Assembly (NCBI GenBank): GCA_964612665.1
Contig: CAZTCI010000001.1
Coordinates: forward strand, 380,896 to 444,895
DNA: 64,000 nt
DNA from: an uncultured Planctomycetales bacterium
GTDB taxonomy: Bacteria > Omnitrophota > Gorgyraeia > Zapsychrales > JAHFFX01
Direction of reading: 5' to 3'
This document shows positions 54,078-63,268 of this stretch, piece after piece; the stretch's first letter is position 1; the number at the start of each line of letters is the position of its first letter. The position numbers were made by a program, and so were the translations under genes. The notes beneath the pieces are model-generated. The model was not told the DNA's origin. It saw nothing but the letters and a program-made list of their open reading frames with translations, and made no database searches.

Positions 54078-56639
54078 TTACAAACCGCCGTTTACCACTG
54101 TGGCCACGTTGGTCTGGCTAACATTGCCGCTGATACTGCTTGAATTGGCAACGTTAGTTTGGATCGCAACAGCTGAACCAACAGCGTTTAAGTTGCTAAC
54201 TGCTTGGATCGTCGCCTGAGATCCACCAGTGACGTAAAGCTTGTTCTTCACAGCTTTCGTCTTGGTTTCTTTCAGACTGATATCAGCGGTCTCGGTATTA
54301 GTTTTAGTCTTTGAGACTTCCTTGATCTCGCTTTGATCCACAGTTTCTTTGTTTGAGTGAGATGAAGCACTTGCATCAGAACTTGAGGCGTCTTTTGAAG
54401 CTGCAGCTGACGCACTCTCGGCTGAAGAAGATGACGCTGAAGAATCATGAGATGAAGCTGATTGAGCAGCAGATGAACTTGCCGCTGTGCTTGAGCTGCT
54501 TGAGTCACCAGAAGCTGATGCTGAAGCAGTTGCATCCTTAGAAGCCTTCAACGTTGCATTCAATGTTTTATCATCTGCCGACGCTGAATTGCTGGCTGAC
54601 GAGCTGCCTTGTGCGGCTTTACTCGAAGAACCTGCGCTAGAATCGGTAGATGCTTTGTCGCTATCTGAAGCAGCTGAACTGCTGGCGGCTTCTTTATCTT
54701 TTGAAGCAGCTAAATGCGCATCCAAAGTAGCACTATCGGATGATTTAGCTGAATCAGATGATGAAGCGGCACTTGAAGAAGCTGCATTAGCTTGTTCAGC
54801 ACTGCTATCTGAAGCTTTAGCATTGCCTGAAGCTGATGAATCTTTAGCTGCGCTTAAGCTGGCATCAACATTGGCGTTGTGTGACGATGACGCCGCTGAT
54901 GAACCAGAAGCACCGCTTGCAGAAGATGCGCTGGCTTGTTCAGCACTGCTATCTGAAGCTTTACCATTGCTTGAAGCTGATGCATCTTTGGAAGCGCTTA
55001 AGTTTGCATTGAGGTTGGCATTATCAGATGATGAAGCTCCTGACGATGCTGAACTTTCATTGCTGCTACCACTACTAGCTGAAGCTTGGTTGCTTCCGGT
55101 TGCGGCAGCTGAACTGCTGGCAGCATCGCTGTTTGTTGAAGCAGCGTTTTTATCTTTAGTTGCGGTATTTGTTGTTGCTGTACCTTCTCCCGTGGATGAT
55201 CCACTGCTTGTTGATGAATCCTGGGTAGAGGCACCACCACCTGATGAGCTCTGATTCGTGCTCGTACCCGTCGCGGCGCTACCAGTTCCCTCTAATGAAG
55301 TGGAACTTGAGGTCTTTGACGAATTTGATTGAGCCGTATCATTGCTTGTGGAAGCAGCGGCATCTGAGCTGCTGGACGTGCTACCACTTGAACTTGAAGC
55401 GGCATCAGCTGATTTGCTGGCTGAAGCATCGCCAGAAGCAGCAGATGAATTCTTTGAAGCTGTCAAACTAGCATCCAGTTTACCTGAATCATTAGCTTGA
55501 GCATTTGATTCTGAAGCCGCATCATGTGATGACGCAGCGCTTGAAGTCGAAGAATCGCTTGATGCACTTTGTGCACCGCTATTCTTGGCTGATGACTTAC
55601 CAGCAGATAAGCTAGCATCCAAGCTGGCTTTATCACTTGATTGTGAAGCTGATTCTGAACCAGCATCATGTGATGAAGCGGCGCTTGAATTTGAAGAATC
55701 GCTGGCTTGAGCAGCAGAAGCGCTTTCGCCTGATGCGTTCTTCGTAGCAGACAAGCTGCCATCGACAGCCGCTTTATCTGAAGAAGAATCACCTGAGCCT
55801 GAAGCCGCATCATGTGATGAAGCGGTACCGGCTGCGGCTGATTCAGCTGATTCAGATGATGAGCTTTCAGCAGCAGAAGCACTGCTTTGTGAAGAAACGC
55901 TTGAAGTAGCACTTAAACTAGCATCAATGGCAGCATGATCACCACTTTCTGATCCCGCAGCTGAAGAAGCAGCGTCAGCAGATGATTGTGAAGCTTGATC
56001 AGAAGCTGAAGCTGAATCACCAGATTTATCACTGCTGGTAGCCGCTTGGCTAGCAGAAGCTGAGAAGCTAACCGCTTCTTTTGAAGCTTCGGCTGATGAG
56101 CTTGCCGCTGAATCAGTCGTTTCAGTGGTAGTCACATTCTTATCAGTGTTTGTAATCGTTTTATTTGACGACGATGAATCGCTGTAATGAACTGTCAGAT
56201 CTTTGCTATCAACAACGTTTTTGTTGGTGACGTTAGCTTCATTGCTCTGCGTTAAATCAACAGCGCCTTCAGTCGCGTTCGAAACGTTGGTCTGGACGGC
56301 AACAGCGCTGTCAACGGCATTCGCGTTGCTAACGGCTTTCAGTTCAGCCTGCGCTTGACTGTCGATGACCATTTTATTTTTCTTGGTAGCATCAGCTTTA
56401 TAGCCACCTTGGCTATCTGCAGCAGCATCGCCGCCATCACTATTTTTTGCTAAAACCCACTCGCCGGCGGCAATTTCATCCATTTGCTTATCGGAAAGAG
56501 CAACACCTTCAGCAGCAGAAGCTGACGAGATGCGAAAAGCAAGCGGATAAACCGCAAACATGAGCGTTAATAATAAGATACTGATTTTTCTCGAATTCAT
56601 GACTATTACCTCTATTTGTTGAATGATGGTTAGTAACAC
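54078..56639 (-). CDS. very large secreted Ser/Ala/Asp-rich tandem-repeat protein with GG-leader-like N-terminal motif and duplicated NAVxSAVAxQTNV end motifs (candidate fibre/adhesin)
   Basis: 853 aa; signal peptide; ALSDKQMDEIAAGEW; >=8 repeats carrying [LV][DN]A[SHT]L[STK]A[SGAT]K at ~40-aa period; motif AELKAVSNANAVDSAVAVQTNV near N-term and ATIQAVSNLNAVGSAVAIQTNV near C-term. Confidence 0.65.
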   Translation of the reverse strand: MLLTIIQQIEVIVMNSRKISILLLTLMFAVYPLAFRISSASAAEGVALSDKQMDEIAAGEWVLAKNSDGGDAAADSQGGYKADATKKNKMVIDSQAQAELKAVSNANAVDSAVAVQTNVSNATEGAVDLTQSNEANVTNKNVVDSKDLTVHYSDSSSSNKTITNTDKNVTTTETTDSAASSSAEASKEAVSFSASASQAATSSDKSGDSASASDQASQSSADAASSAAGSESGDHAAIDASLSATSSVSSQSSASAAESSSSESAESAAAGTASSHDAASGSGDSSSDKAAVDGSLSATKNASGESASAAQASDSSNSSAASSHDAGSESASQSSDKASLDASLSAGKSSAKNSGAQSASSDSSTSSAASSHDAASESNAQANDSGKLDASLTASKNSSAASGDASASKSADAASSSSGSTSSSSDAAASTSNDTAQSNSSKTSSSTSLEGTGSAATGTSTNQSSSGGGASTQDSSTSSGSSTGEGTATTNTATKDKNAASTNSDAASSSAAATGSNQASASSGSSNESSASSGASSSDNANLNANLSASKDASASSNGKASDSSAEQASASSASGASGSSAASSSHNANVDASLSAAKDSSASGNAKASDSSAEQANAASSSAASSSDSAKSSDSATLDAHLAASKDKEAASSSAASDSDKASTDSSAGSSSKAAQGSSSASNSASADDKTLNATLKASKDATASASASGDSSSSSTAASSSAAQSASSHDSSASSSSAESASAAASKDASSSDASASSHSNKETVDQSEIKEVSKTKTNTETADISLKETKTKAVKNKLYVTGGSQATIQAVSNLNAVGSAVAIQTNVANSSSISGNVSQTNVATVVNGGL

Positions 56640-56801
56640 TATTCACAACAATTGGGCGCTGAAAGATTCAGCATTAACCCGTTCTACTCAATATTACTTT
56701 GTTATTTTTTGTTATTGTGGTGGCGTTTATTACACCGCAGTCATATTCAAGCCACCTTCTTATCTCACCCCCCTTCTTGTTCTTTAGAAATATTCAAAAT
56801 A

Positions 56802-56845
56802 AAAACCCCCTACGGTTTTTAAATCTATTCACTGACGGGGGTTTT
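56802..56845 (-). terminator. rho-independent terminator of araC-family gene
   Basis: aaaaccccc-N27-gggggtttt with T-run on minus strand (tttttattttg). Confidence 0.6.
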
Positions 56846-57030
56846 ATATTTATAAGTTGTGAATTTCTTGACTGACATAACTGTGGCGCCTTCATTTGAT
56901 GAATTTGATAACCTACTATAAGACATACAGATTTTTTTGACAATGGACTAATTTGTTAAAGAATAGTAAATTTTTGCGGTTAAGCCAATTATGTTTCTGT
57001 TTTAATTTAAATCTCAAAACTAAAAGCCTC

Positions 57031-57867
57031 TTATTCCCATCTTTTTTTTGTTTTCACTGCGACTTTTCTTTTTTCCGGCTTACTGCGGTATTCTGCAGGA
57101 GACACTCCCTGAAACTTCTTGAAAACTTTACTAAAATAACCTGGATCCTCAAATCCACAAGAATACGAGACCTGGCTGACCGAAAGACTCTTATCCCGAA
57201 GCAATCGAGAGGCTACCGTAATTCTGCGATTATTAAGAAAATTAGAAAACGTCGTCTTAAGTTCTTTGGTAAAAAGATGACTCAAATAATAGTAGCTTAC
57301 ATTATTCTGTTCAGAGACTGAAGCTAAGGAAAGCTCAGGAATGTGGTAATTACTATTAAGGAACTGAATGACTTTAAAGAGAATCTTTTTTTGGTGAGTG
57401 ACTTCCTTGCCTTTAAAATCATCTAAAAATTTAAAATCATGACTGACGAGCCGGTTAATTGTTTCTTCCAGAAATTGGCACATCGATTCCAGCTGGCTTT
57501 TATTCAATCGAAGCTGGGTATTCTCGCCGCTGTAAAGGTAACCGATGACGCTTTCTTGAAAAACAATGGGAACCAAAATTTTGATAAATCCTTCTGGGCA
57601 GGCAAAAGTCACTGGCTTGAGCGTTCGGGTGGCTTGCTCTATATAGAGAGGAAGAATGGTTAGGTTATTGGCGGTTTTATAGGCACTTCTAATATTACGG
57701 TGCAAAATACGTTCTTCAGCAATCTCATTTTTCAAAAAAAATGGGATCGGATTTCCCTGTTCATCTAGCAGGTCAAGATCGATCCCATTAAACTTGCGTA
57801 AAAATTCATGAACAATAGATAATGCTTTTGAATCCTTAAGATACTCCATAACAATTGCGGCTGACAT
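57031..57867 (-). CDS. AraC/XylS-family transcriptional regulator
   Basis: 278 aa; C-terminal dual HTH (RITVASRLLRDKSLSVSQVSYSCGFEDPGYFSKVFKKFQGVSPAEYR). Confidence 0.85.
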   Translation of the reverse strand: MSAAIVMEYLKDSKALSIVHEFLRKFNGIDLDLLDEQGNPIPFFLKNEIAEERILHRNIRSAYKTANNLTILPLYIEQATRTLKPVTFACPEGFIKILVPIVFQESVIGYLYSGENTQLRLNKSQLESMCQFLEETINRLVSHDFKFLDDFKGKEVTHQKKILFKVIQFLNSNYHIPELSLASVSEQNNVSYYYLSHLFTKELKTTFSNFLNNRRITVASRLLRDKSLSVSQVSYSCGFEDPGYFSKVFKKFQGVSPAEYRSKPEKRKVAVKTKKRWE

Positions 57868-58134
57868 TTCTCGCTCCTTTGGCTAGAAAAAATTTTGTCC
57901 GTTTACAATTTAGATACACGTATTCTTAAAGATTGATTCACCATTTTTGAAATAACATAAATGTGTTGCGCTTGTTAGTGAGGCTATAAAATACATGATA
58001 TGAATTTTATGTCAACAGGACACAATTGGACAAACCAGGACAGCTTAAAGCACTGAAATTACATTAGATATTTTTCTAATAAAAAACTTAAAAACTCGAC
58101 GGGATTCTTGAAAAATAAAAAAGCTAGAGCATTT

Positions 58135-59049
58135 TTAGGAAAGTCTCATCTTAAATTTGATGATGCTCTCTCGGATGGAAGTTGATTTTTGATTGGATTG
58201 AATTGTGGCGGCAGACTGGGGCGTTTCGGGCTGGTATTTTTTCGATTGAAGAATTTTTTCTAAATTTGAGGTAAGCGATTCCAAAGGTTTTTCGTAGCCA
58301 AAACTAAACAACGTGTTAATAATGCGCAGGAATTCTAAAATGTATTTAATGGCGTTTTCTAAATTGACGACAACCCCGATATCGGAAGGTAACGGTGAGA
58401 AGATAATATGTTTATCGTCCTGAACCATATATTCATTGTCACCCAAAATACTTGGATGCGAAAAACGCGAACACAGTCTAAAAGTGATTTCGTATTCCTC
58501 TAATAAATTTTTGTCCACTTGTTTGGCCATGTCACGAATCGCTTTTCCAGACCAGGTAACCAGCGCCTGATCGGAGATGATATGAAATTCTTTTTTAAAT
58601 TCATCGACCTTGTCTAAAATCATTTTTTTTCTTTTAAGAAAATTATTCTTTTCATCCGGTGAAGCCGATTCTATTTGTTTTTCCTGCTCGGCCAAATGGC
58701 GTTTAAAAACCACCCACTTATAAGCGACGAAACGTTTAGCCAGATTATTGGCAGATTGTTTGTCGTGGATGATGTATTTTGTGGTGACGAGATTTTCAAA
58801 AAGGGATCTTAACAGGGTTGAAACATCTTGGCCGTAGCCTTGTTCACACAAAATAAGAATTGAGGCGTATGTTTTGATCGAGCGGCTCACGACGAAAAGA
58901 AAGATGCGTTGATAGGCAGGCAAGTCAAAAAGCCGTAACTCGCGTTTGTTAAATTCTTCTAAAAGCGAACGGCCGCAATCATCAACGCTGTGGGCGAGAT
59001 CGAAAAGTTTTTTGTTATTTTGTTGGAGGGATTGGGAGAAGTTGGTCAT
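58135..59049 (-). CDS. hypothetical protein (likely start MTNFSQS)
   Basis: ~305 aa; no recognised domain; track ORF over-extended through GC hairpin. Confidence 0.4.
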   Translation of the reverse strand: MTNFSQSLQQNNKKLFDLAHSVDDCGRSLLEEFNKRELRLFDLPAYQRIFLFVVSRSIKTYASILILCEQGYGQDVSTLLRSLFENLVTTKYIIHDKQSANNLAKRFVAYKWVVFKRHLAEQEKQIESASPDEKNNFLKRKKMILDKVDEFKKEFHIISDQALVTWSGKAIRDMAKQVDKNLLEEYEITFRLCSRFSHPSILGDNEYMVQDDKHIIFSPLPSDIGVVVNLENAIKYILEFLRIINTLFSFGYEKPLESLTSNLEKILQSKKYQPETPQSAATIQSNQKSTSIRESIIKFKMRLS

Positions 59050-59069
59050 AATTTTGATTAATAGATGCG

Positions 59070-59119
59070 TGGGCGTTGGGCGGCCGGCAACGACGCAGCG
59101 CCGCCGGCCGCCCAACGCC
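59070..59119 (-). terminator. 17-bp GC hairpin downstream of pgi
   Basis: gggcgttgggcggccgg-N16-ccggccgcccaacgccc. Confidence 0.55.
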
Positions 59120-59136
59120 CGGCGCTTCTTAATGGA

Positions 59137-60438
59137 TCACTCATTTTTCCCAAGCAATTTAAACATCTTCGTCTTATAAGCCTCAACGCCTGGCTGATCA
59201 AACGGGTTAACGCCTAAAAGATATCCAGAAATCCCGACGGCCTTTTCAAAAAAATAATACAAATGCCCCAAATGAAACGCATCCGCCTTACAAAGCGTGA
59301 TCGTCATGTTCGGCACACCGCCTTCGAAATGCGCATCCGCCGTCGCCAAATACGCCTGACGGTTCACAAAATCCAAATCTTTATCAGCTACACAATTAAA
59401 CCCATCAACATCTTGCGCGTCGTGAGGAATCATAAGAGCATGATTAGCTTTATCCAGCATCAAAAATGTTTCAAAGAGATTACGTGTCCCATCCTGCATC
59501 AGCTGTCCCATCGAATGCAGATCCGTCGTTAATATTAGGGAAGCTGGAAAAATCCCTTTGCCGTCTTTCCCCTCGCTTTCCCCATAAAGCTGTTTCCACC
59601 ATTCCAACACATAAAAGAAATTCGGATAAAAAGATGACTGAACTTCAATCGCCTTTCCCTTATTATAGAGAAGGAACCGGCTCGCCGCGTAACGGTAGGC
59701 CGCGTTTTGTTCCCAATCCATTTTGCTGTATTCACTTTGACCTTTACGCGCGCCTTCGACTAAACTTTTGATGTCAACGCCCGCAATCGCCAGCGGCACC
59801 AACCCGACTGGTGTTAGAACCGAAAACCGTCCGCCGACATCATCTGGAATTTCGAATGTCCGGTAACCGGCTTTGTCCGCAATCTTGCGTAAGGCGCCTT
59901 TCTTGGCGTCGGTGACACAGATGATCCGTTTTTTAAGTTCGTTGCCTCTATATTTCTTTTCCATGAATTGTTTGATGATTCGAAACACAACCGCCGGCTC
60001 CGTCGTCGTTCCTGATTTCGAAATCACAACAACAGTGACCCGCTTATCTTTCAGATCTTCCAACAAATTGTATAAATAATCCGAATTCAAATTATGCCCG
60101 GCATAATGCACCGGAATTTTCGATCCGCCCAGGAATTCAATGCTGGACCGAATCCCCAAATACGACCCGCCAATCCCAATCGACACCAGCGCATCCGAAT
60201 TCTTTCGAACCTCTTCGCCAAGCTTAACCAATTCACTGATAAATTTATCTTCAACTCTCGATGGCAAATCCAGCCACCCCAAAAATTCTTTCCCCTTGCC
60301 TGTTCTTTTCTCTAACGCGTCGTGGGCTTTCTTGACTTGTGGGATAATTTTTTCAATGTCCTTTTTCTCAATGAAACCTTTCAGATTCGCCTGATTAAGC
60401 ACGATACTCATAACTTTTCTTCCTTTCTTTGCTTTCGA
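59137..60438 (-). CDS. pgi: glucose-6-phosphate isomerase (short bacterial/archaeal-type PGI; likely start MSIVLNQ)
   Basis: PGI signatures (DVGGRFSVLTPVGL, GESEGKDGKGIFP-like region); track ORF extended 72 codons upstream. Confidence 0.85.
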   Translation of the reverse strand, partial: SKAKKGRKVMSIVLNQANLKGFIEKKDIEKIIPQVKKAHDALEKRTGKGKEFLGWLDLPSRVEDKFISELVKLGEEVRKNSDALVSIGIGGSYLGIRSSIEFLGGSKIPVHYAGHNLNSDYLYNLLEDLKDKRVTVVVISKSGTTTEPAVVFRIIKQFMEKKYRGNELKKRIICVTDAKKGALRKIADKAGYRTFEIPDDVGGRFSVLTPVGLVPLAIAGVDIKSLVEGARKGQSEYSKMDWEQNAAYRYAASRFLLYNKGKAIEVQSSFYPNFFYVLEWWKQLYGESEGKDGKGIFPASLILTTDLHSMGQLMQDGTRNLFETFLMLDKANHALMIPHDAQDVDGFNCVADKDLDFVNRQAYLATADAHFEGGVPNMTITLCKADAFHLGHLYYFFEKAVGISGYLLGVNPFDQPGVEAYKTKMFKLLGKNE

Positions 60439-61357
60439 CGTAATGGTACCACTTGCGGTAGGGTGCGTAAATATTATCGACATTAAACGGCCGTCGATCC
60501 GGATTATTTTTGCATGCGTCACTACAAGCGCCTTGCATTTGAATGGCCGCATCACGGCTGCACAGGAAAAGGCGATTGCATTCCGGGTTCGAACAATTGA
60601 TATATGTGTCGCATGGCACGTTAGAAATTTCGCAACGTCCAATCGGTTCAAGCGCTTTAGGATTGACCGGAACCGCTAAGCGGTCATCGAACACAAAACA
60701 TTTTCCTTTGAAATGTGCACCGTCTTCTTTCTGCGCGTAGTTGATGATCCCGCCGCGCAGTTGATAAACATTTTGAAATCCTTTCTGTTTCATAAAGGCT
60801 GAGAATTTTTCGCACCGGATCCCGCCGGTGCAATACATTAAAACTTTCTTACGCGGATTGAGGTTCGCCTCTTTCATCCACTGCGGGAAGTCGTAAAAAT
60901 TCTCGAGCGGCGGCTGGATCGCGCCATCGAAATGACCGATTGCGCTTTCATAGTTGTTACGCACATCCAACAAAATAAAATCCTCGTCGGACTCAAGCGC
61001 TCTCCGCCATTCGCTGGGTTCCAAATAATTTCCACCTTGCGCATTTGGATCAACGGGCAAATCGCTCTTAAGCGTCACCATCTCGGGACGGATTTTAACT
61101 TTCAATTGATTAAATGGAATGAAATCGCAGGGTTCTTCTTTGAATTCTGTGTTTTCGAAACCTGGATAAGCGTGGAGAAATTTTTTATAGCGCTCGATAT
61201 TCTCCGTCAAACCGCAAAGTGTGCCGTTAATTCCCTCGTGGACAACATACACCCGGCCTTTTAATTCCAACGCCAAGCAGCGCAATTTTTGTTCGAACCA
61301 GAATTGTTGCAGGTCTTCGATAGGAGAGAATTGATAATAGAGGATAACTTGATACAT
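60395..61357 (-). CDS. trhO: rhodanese-domain tRNA U34 hydroxylase TrhO (YceA/UPF0176) with Cys-rich C-terminal extension
   Basis: 320 aa; rhodanese active-site CTGGIRCEK; C-terminal CxxC-rich tail. Confidence 0.8.
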   Translation of the reverse strand: MYQVILYYQFSPIEDLQQFWFEQKLRCLALELKGRVYVVHEGINGTLCGLTENIERYKKFLHAYPGFENTEFKEEPCDFIPFNQLKVKIRPEMVTLKSDLPVDPNAQGGNYLEPSEWRRALESDEDFILLDVRNNYESAIGHFDGAIQPPLENFYDFPQWMKEANLNPRKKVLMYCTGGIRCEKFSAFMKQKGFQNVYQLRGGIINYAQKEDGAHFKGKCFVFDDRLAVPVNPKALEPIGRCEISNVPCDTYINCSNPECNRLFLCSRDAAIQMQGACSDACKNNPDRRPFNVDNIYAPYRKWYHYVESKERKKSYEYRA

Positions 61358-61359
61358 AA

Positions 61360-62532
61360 TTAAGACATTTTAATAGAAACTGTTTTCCCAAAATCAGCGT
61401 CAAGGATTGAACTTTCCAGAGGCACTTCATTTGCAGGGCAGGTGATTGGTGTTTCGATAATGCCTCCGGCCAAAACAACATCGCCGTCGTAAACCACAAC
61501 CGATTGTCCCGGCGTGACGGACTTTTGCGGCACGACGAATTCGATGCGCGCCATGTGATTATCGAGAGAGGTCAAATAAGCTTCAACTTCCGGCGCGTTA
61601 TAACGGATTCGGACCTTCACTTTAAGATTTTCCAAAGGCGGTTCGATGCTTAGATAATTCATTTGAACGGCGATCAAACCTTTTGCGTAGAGTTTTGTTA
61701 AATTCCCGACGTAAACCGTGTTCGTTGCCTTATCAATTTTGTAAACATAAACCGAATAACCCAATGCGATCCCCAACTTATCGCGCTGTCCAATTGTGTA
61801 ATTGATGATGCCCTTGTGCTCGCCGACGATTTTGCCGTTCTCATCGACAAATGGGCCAGGCGTGATCGCTTGCGTACCAACACGATCTTCAATAAACTTC
61901 TTATAACCCGTCGATGGCACGAAGCAGATATCTTGACTTTCTGGTTTCTCAGCGGTATTCAGCTTATACTTGCGGGCGAGTTCGCGGACTTCGATCTTCG
62001 TGAGCCCGCCGATCGGCATCCAGACGTGCGGCAGGGTTTCCTTCTTCATACTATAGAGGAAATACGATTGGTCCTTCTTAGGATCGAGGCCTTTTTTTAA
62101 TTCAAACTTTTCATTGGCCTGATTAAATTCCACTTTACCATAATGGCCCGTTGCCAAAACATCCGCGCCGAGTGCACGGACTTTTGCGTAAAGCGAACCA
62201 AACTTCAAATGCTGATTGCACTGAACGCAAGGATTCGGCGTGCGGCCGTTTAAATATTCGTTGGTGAAATTGTCGATGATTTTGTCGTTGATGTCTGCGG
62301 CAAAATTGAAGACGTAATGCGGAATGTCAAGAATCTGCGCCGCGCGCTGAGCATCTTGAATACCCTGGACCCCGCAGCACGACGGGCGGTCAGAATTCGG
62401 GTGAGTGATGTTAAAACACATAGTCACACCAACCACCTCATAACCCTGCTCCTTCATGAGCCCGGCCACGACAGAAGAATCCACCCCGCCGCTCATGGCG
62501 ACGAAAATTTTCTCATTTTTATTATTTGTCAT
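61360..62532 (-). CDS. mnmA: tRNA-specific 2-thiouridylase MnmA
   Basis: PP-loop VAMSGGVDSSV, catalytic Cys region; likely start MTNNKNEK. Confidence 0.92.
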   Translation of the reverse strand: MTNNKNEKIFVAMSGGVDSSVVAGLMKEQGYEVVGVTMCFNITHPNSDRPSCCGVQGIQDAQRAAQILDIPHYVFNFAADINDKIIDNFTNEYLNGRTPNPCVQCNQHLKFGSLYAKVRALGADVLATGHYGKVEFNQANEKFELKKGLDPKKDQSYFLYSMKKETLPHVWMPIGGLTKIEVRELARKYKLNTAEKPESQDICFVPSTGYKKFIEDRVGTQAITPGPFVDENGKIVGEHKGIINYTIGQRDKLGIALGYSVYVYKIDKATNTVYVGNLTKLYAKGLIAVQMNYLSIEPPLENLKVKVRIRYNAPEVEAYLTSLDNHMARIEFVVPQKSVTPGQSVVVYDGDVVLAGGIIETPITCPANEVPLESSILDADFGKTVSIKMS

Positions 62533-62564
62533 ATTCTTTAAAAAAGAAGTAGAGATGCAAGAAA

Positions 62565-62963
62565 CTATAACCAATTTTCAATTTTCAATTTTGGAATCCG
62601 TTTGAATTCACGCTCATTATTTGTAACCAAAATAGCCGAAACAGAGGCCGCGTGGGCGGCTATCTGCATGTCCAGAGGACCAATAAGCGCCCCTGCTTTT
62701 TCCAGCGCTGCCCTAATCTTTCCGTAAGTAAATGCAGCATGCTCATCATAGGTAAGAATTTTTAACGGAGCGATAAATTCCGTGAGGGCCAGAAGATTTC
62801 TTGAAGGATACAAACTCTTTTCCACGCCGTAGACAAGTTCACTTAAGGTAACAACGGAAACAGCAACATCATCTATGTTCTTTTGTCGGAGCTTTCTTAA
62901 AATATTCTCAGATTTCTTTTTAATAAGATAGATGCAGGTATTGGTGTCTAATAAATATTTCAT
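62565..62963 (-). CDS. vapC: PIN-domain toxin VapC
   Basis: 132 aa; MKYLLDTNTCIY... PIN acidic residues; 4-nt overlap with vapB. Confidence 0.85.
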   Translation of the reverse strand: MKYLLDTNTCIYLIKKKSENILRKLRQKNIDDVAVSVVTLSELVYGVEKSLYPSRNLLALTEFIAPLKILTYDEHAAFTYGKIRAALEKAGALIGPLDMQIAAHAASVSAILVTNNEREFKRIPKLKIENWL

Positions 62964-63199
62964 CCCAGACTTTCCCTTGAATCCCGCTCACGCGGTTGAT
63001 TACGTTCCTGTAAATAGTCATCGGTGAATTTATCCAAACTACCAGCCAAAGATCCCCACGGATTTCTTTTAGGAATGAGCATAATAATGCCTTCCACTTT
63101 ACGGATATAGACTTCTTTCTCTCCTTTTCCAAAACGACATTCTTTAGGGAGCCTGACCGCCTGACTTCGGCCATTCGAAAATAATTTGGCAATCTTCAA
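62960..63199 (-). CDS. vapB: AbrB/SpoVT-type VapB antitoxin
   Basis: MKIAKLFSNGRSQAVRLPKECRF...EVYIRK swapped-hairpin motif. Confidence 0.8.
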   Translation of the reverse strand: MKIAKLFSNGRSQAVRLPKECRFGKGEKEVYIRKVEGIIMLIPKRNPWGSLAGSLDKFTDDYLQERNQPRERDSRESLG

Positions 63200-63268
63200 A
63201 CGACACCTCCTCGATTTGTCAATAATAAGTATATACCAGAGTATATATCAAATTGCTTCTTCTTATAT

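Noticed and set aside
54272-55912. Multiple long ORFs on both strands (e.g. 54487-55254 +, 55463-55912 -, 54998-55240 -) overlapping the 853-aa gene
   Set aside because: They are frame/antisense translations of the Ser/Ala/Asp codon-repeat array (GCT/GAA/GCA periodicity). Their low-complexity A/E/L or Q/H/L composition and lack of start context mark them as artefacts.
59050-60651. N-terminal extensions of the track ORFs for pgi (72 extra codons) and the 58135 gene (22 extra codons, Arg/Gly-rich)
   Set aside because: The extensions run through terminator hairpins/intergenic DNA and precede conserved N-termini (MSIVLNQ..., MTNFSQ...). They probably reflect a permissive start-codon choice by the ORF finder.
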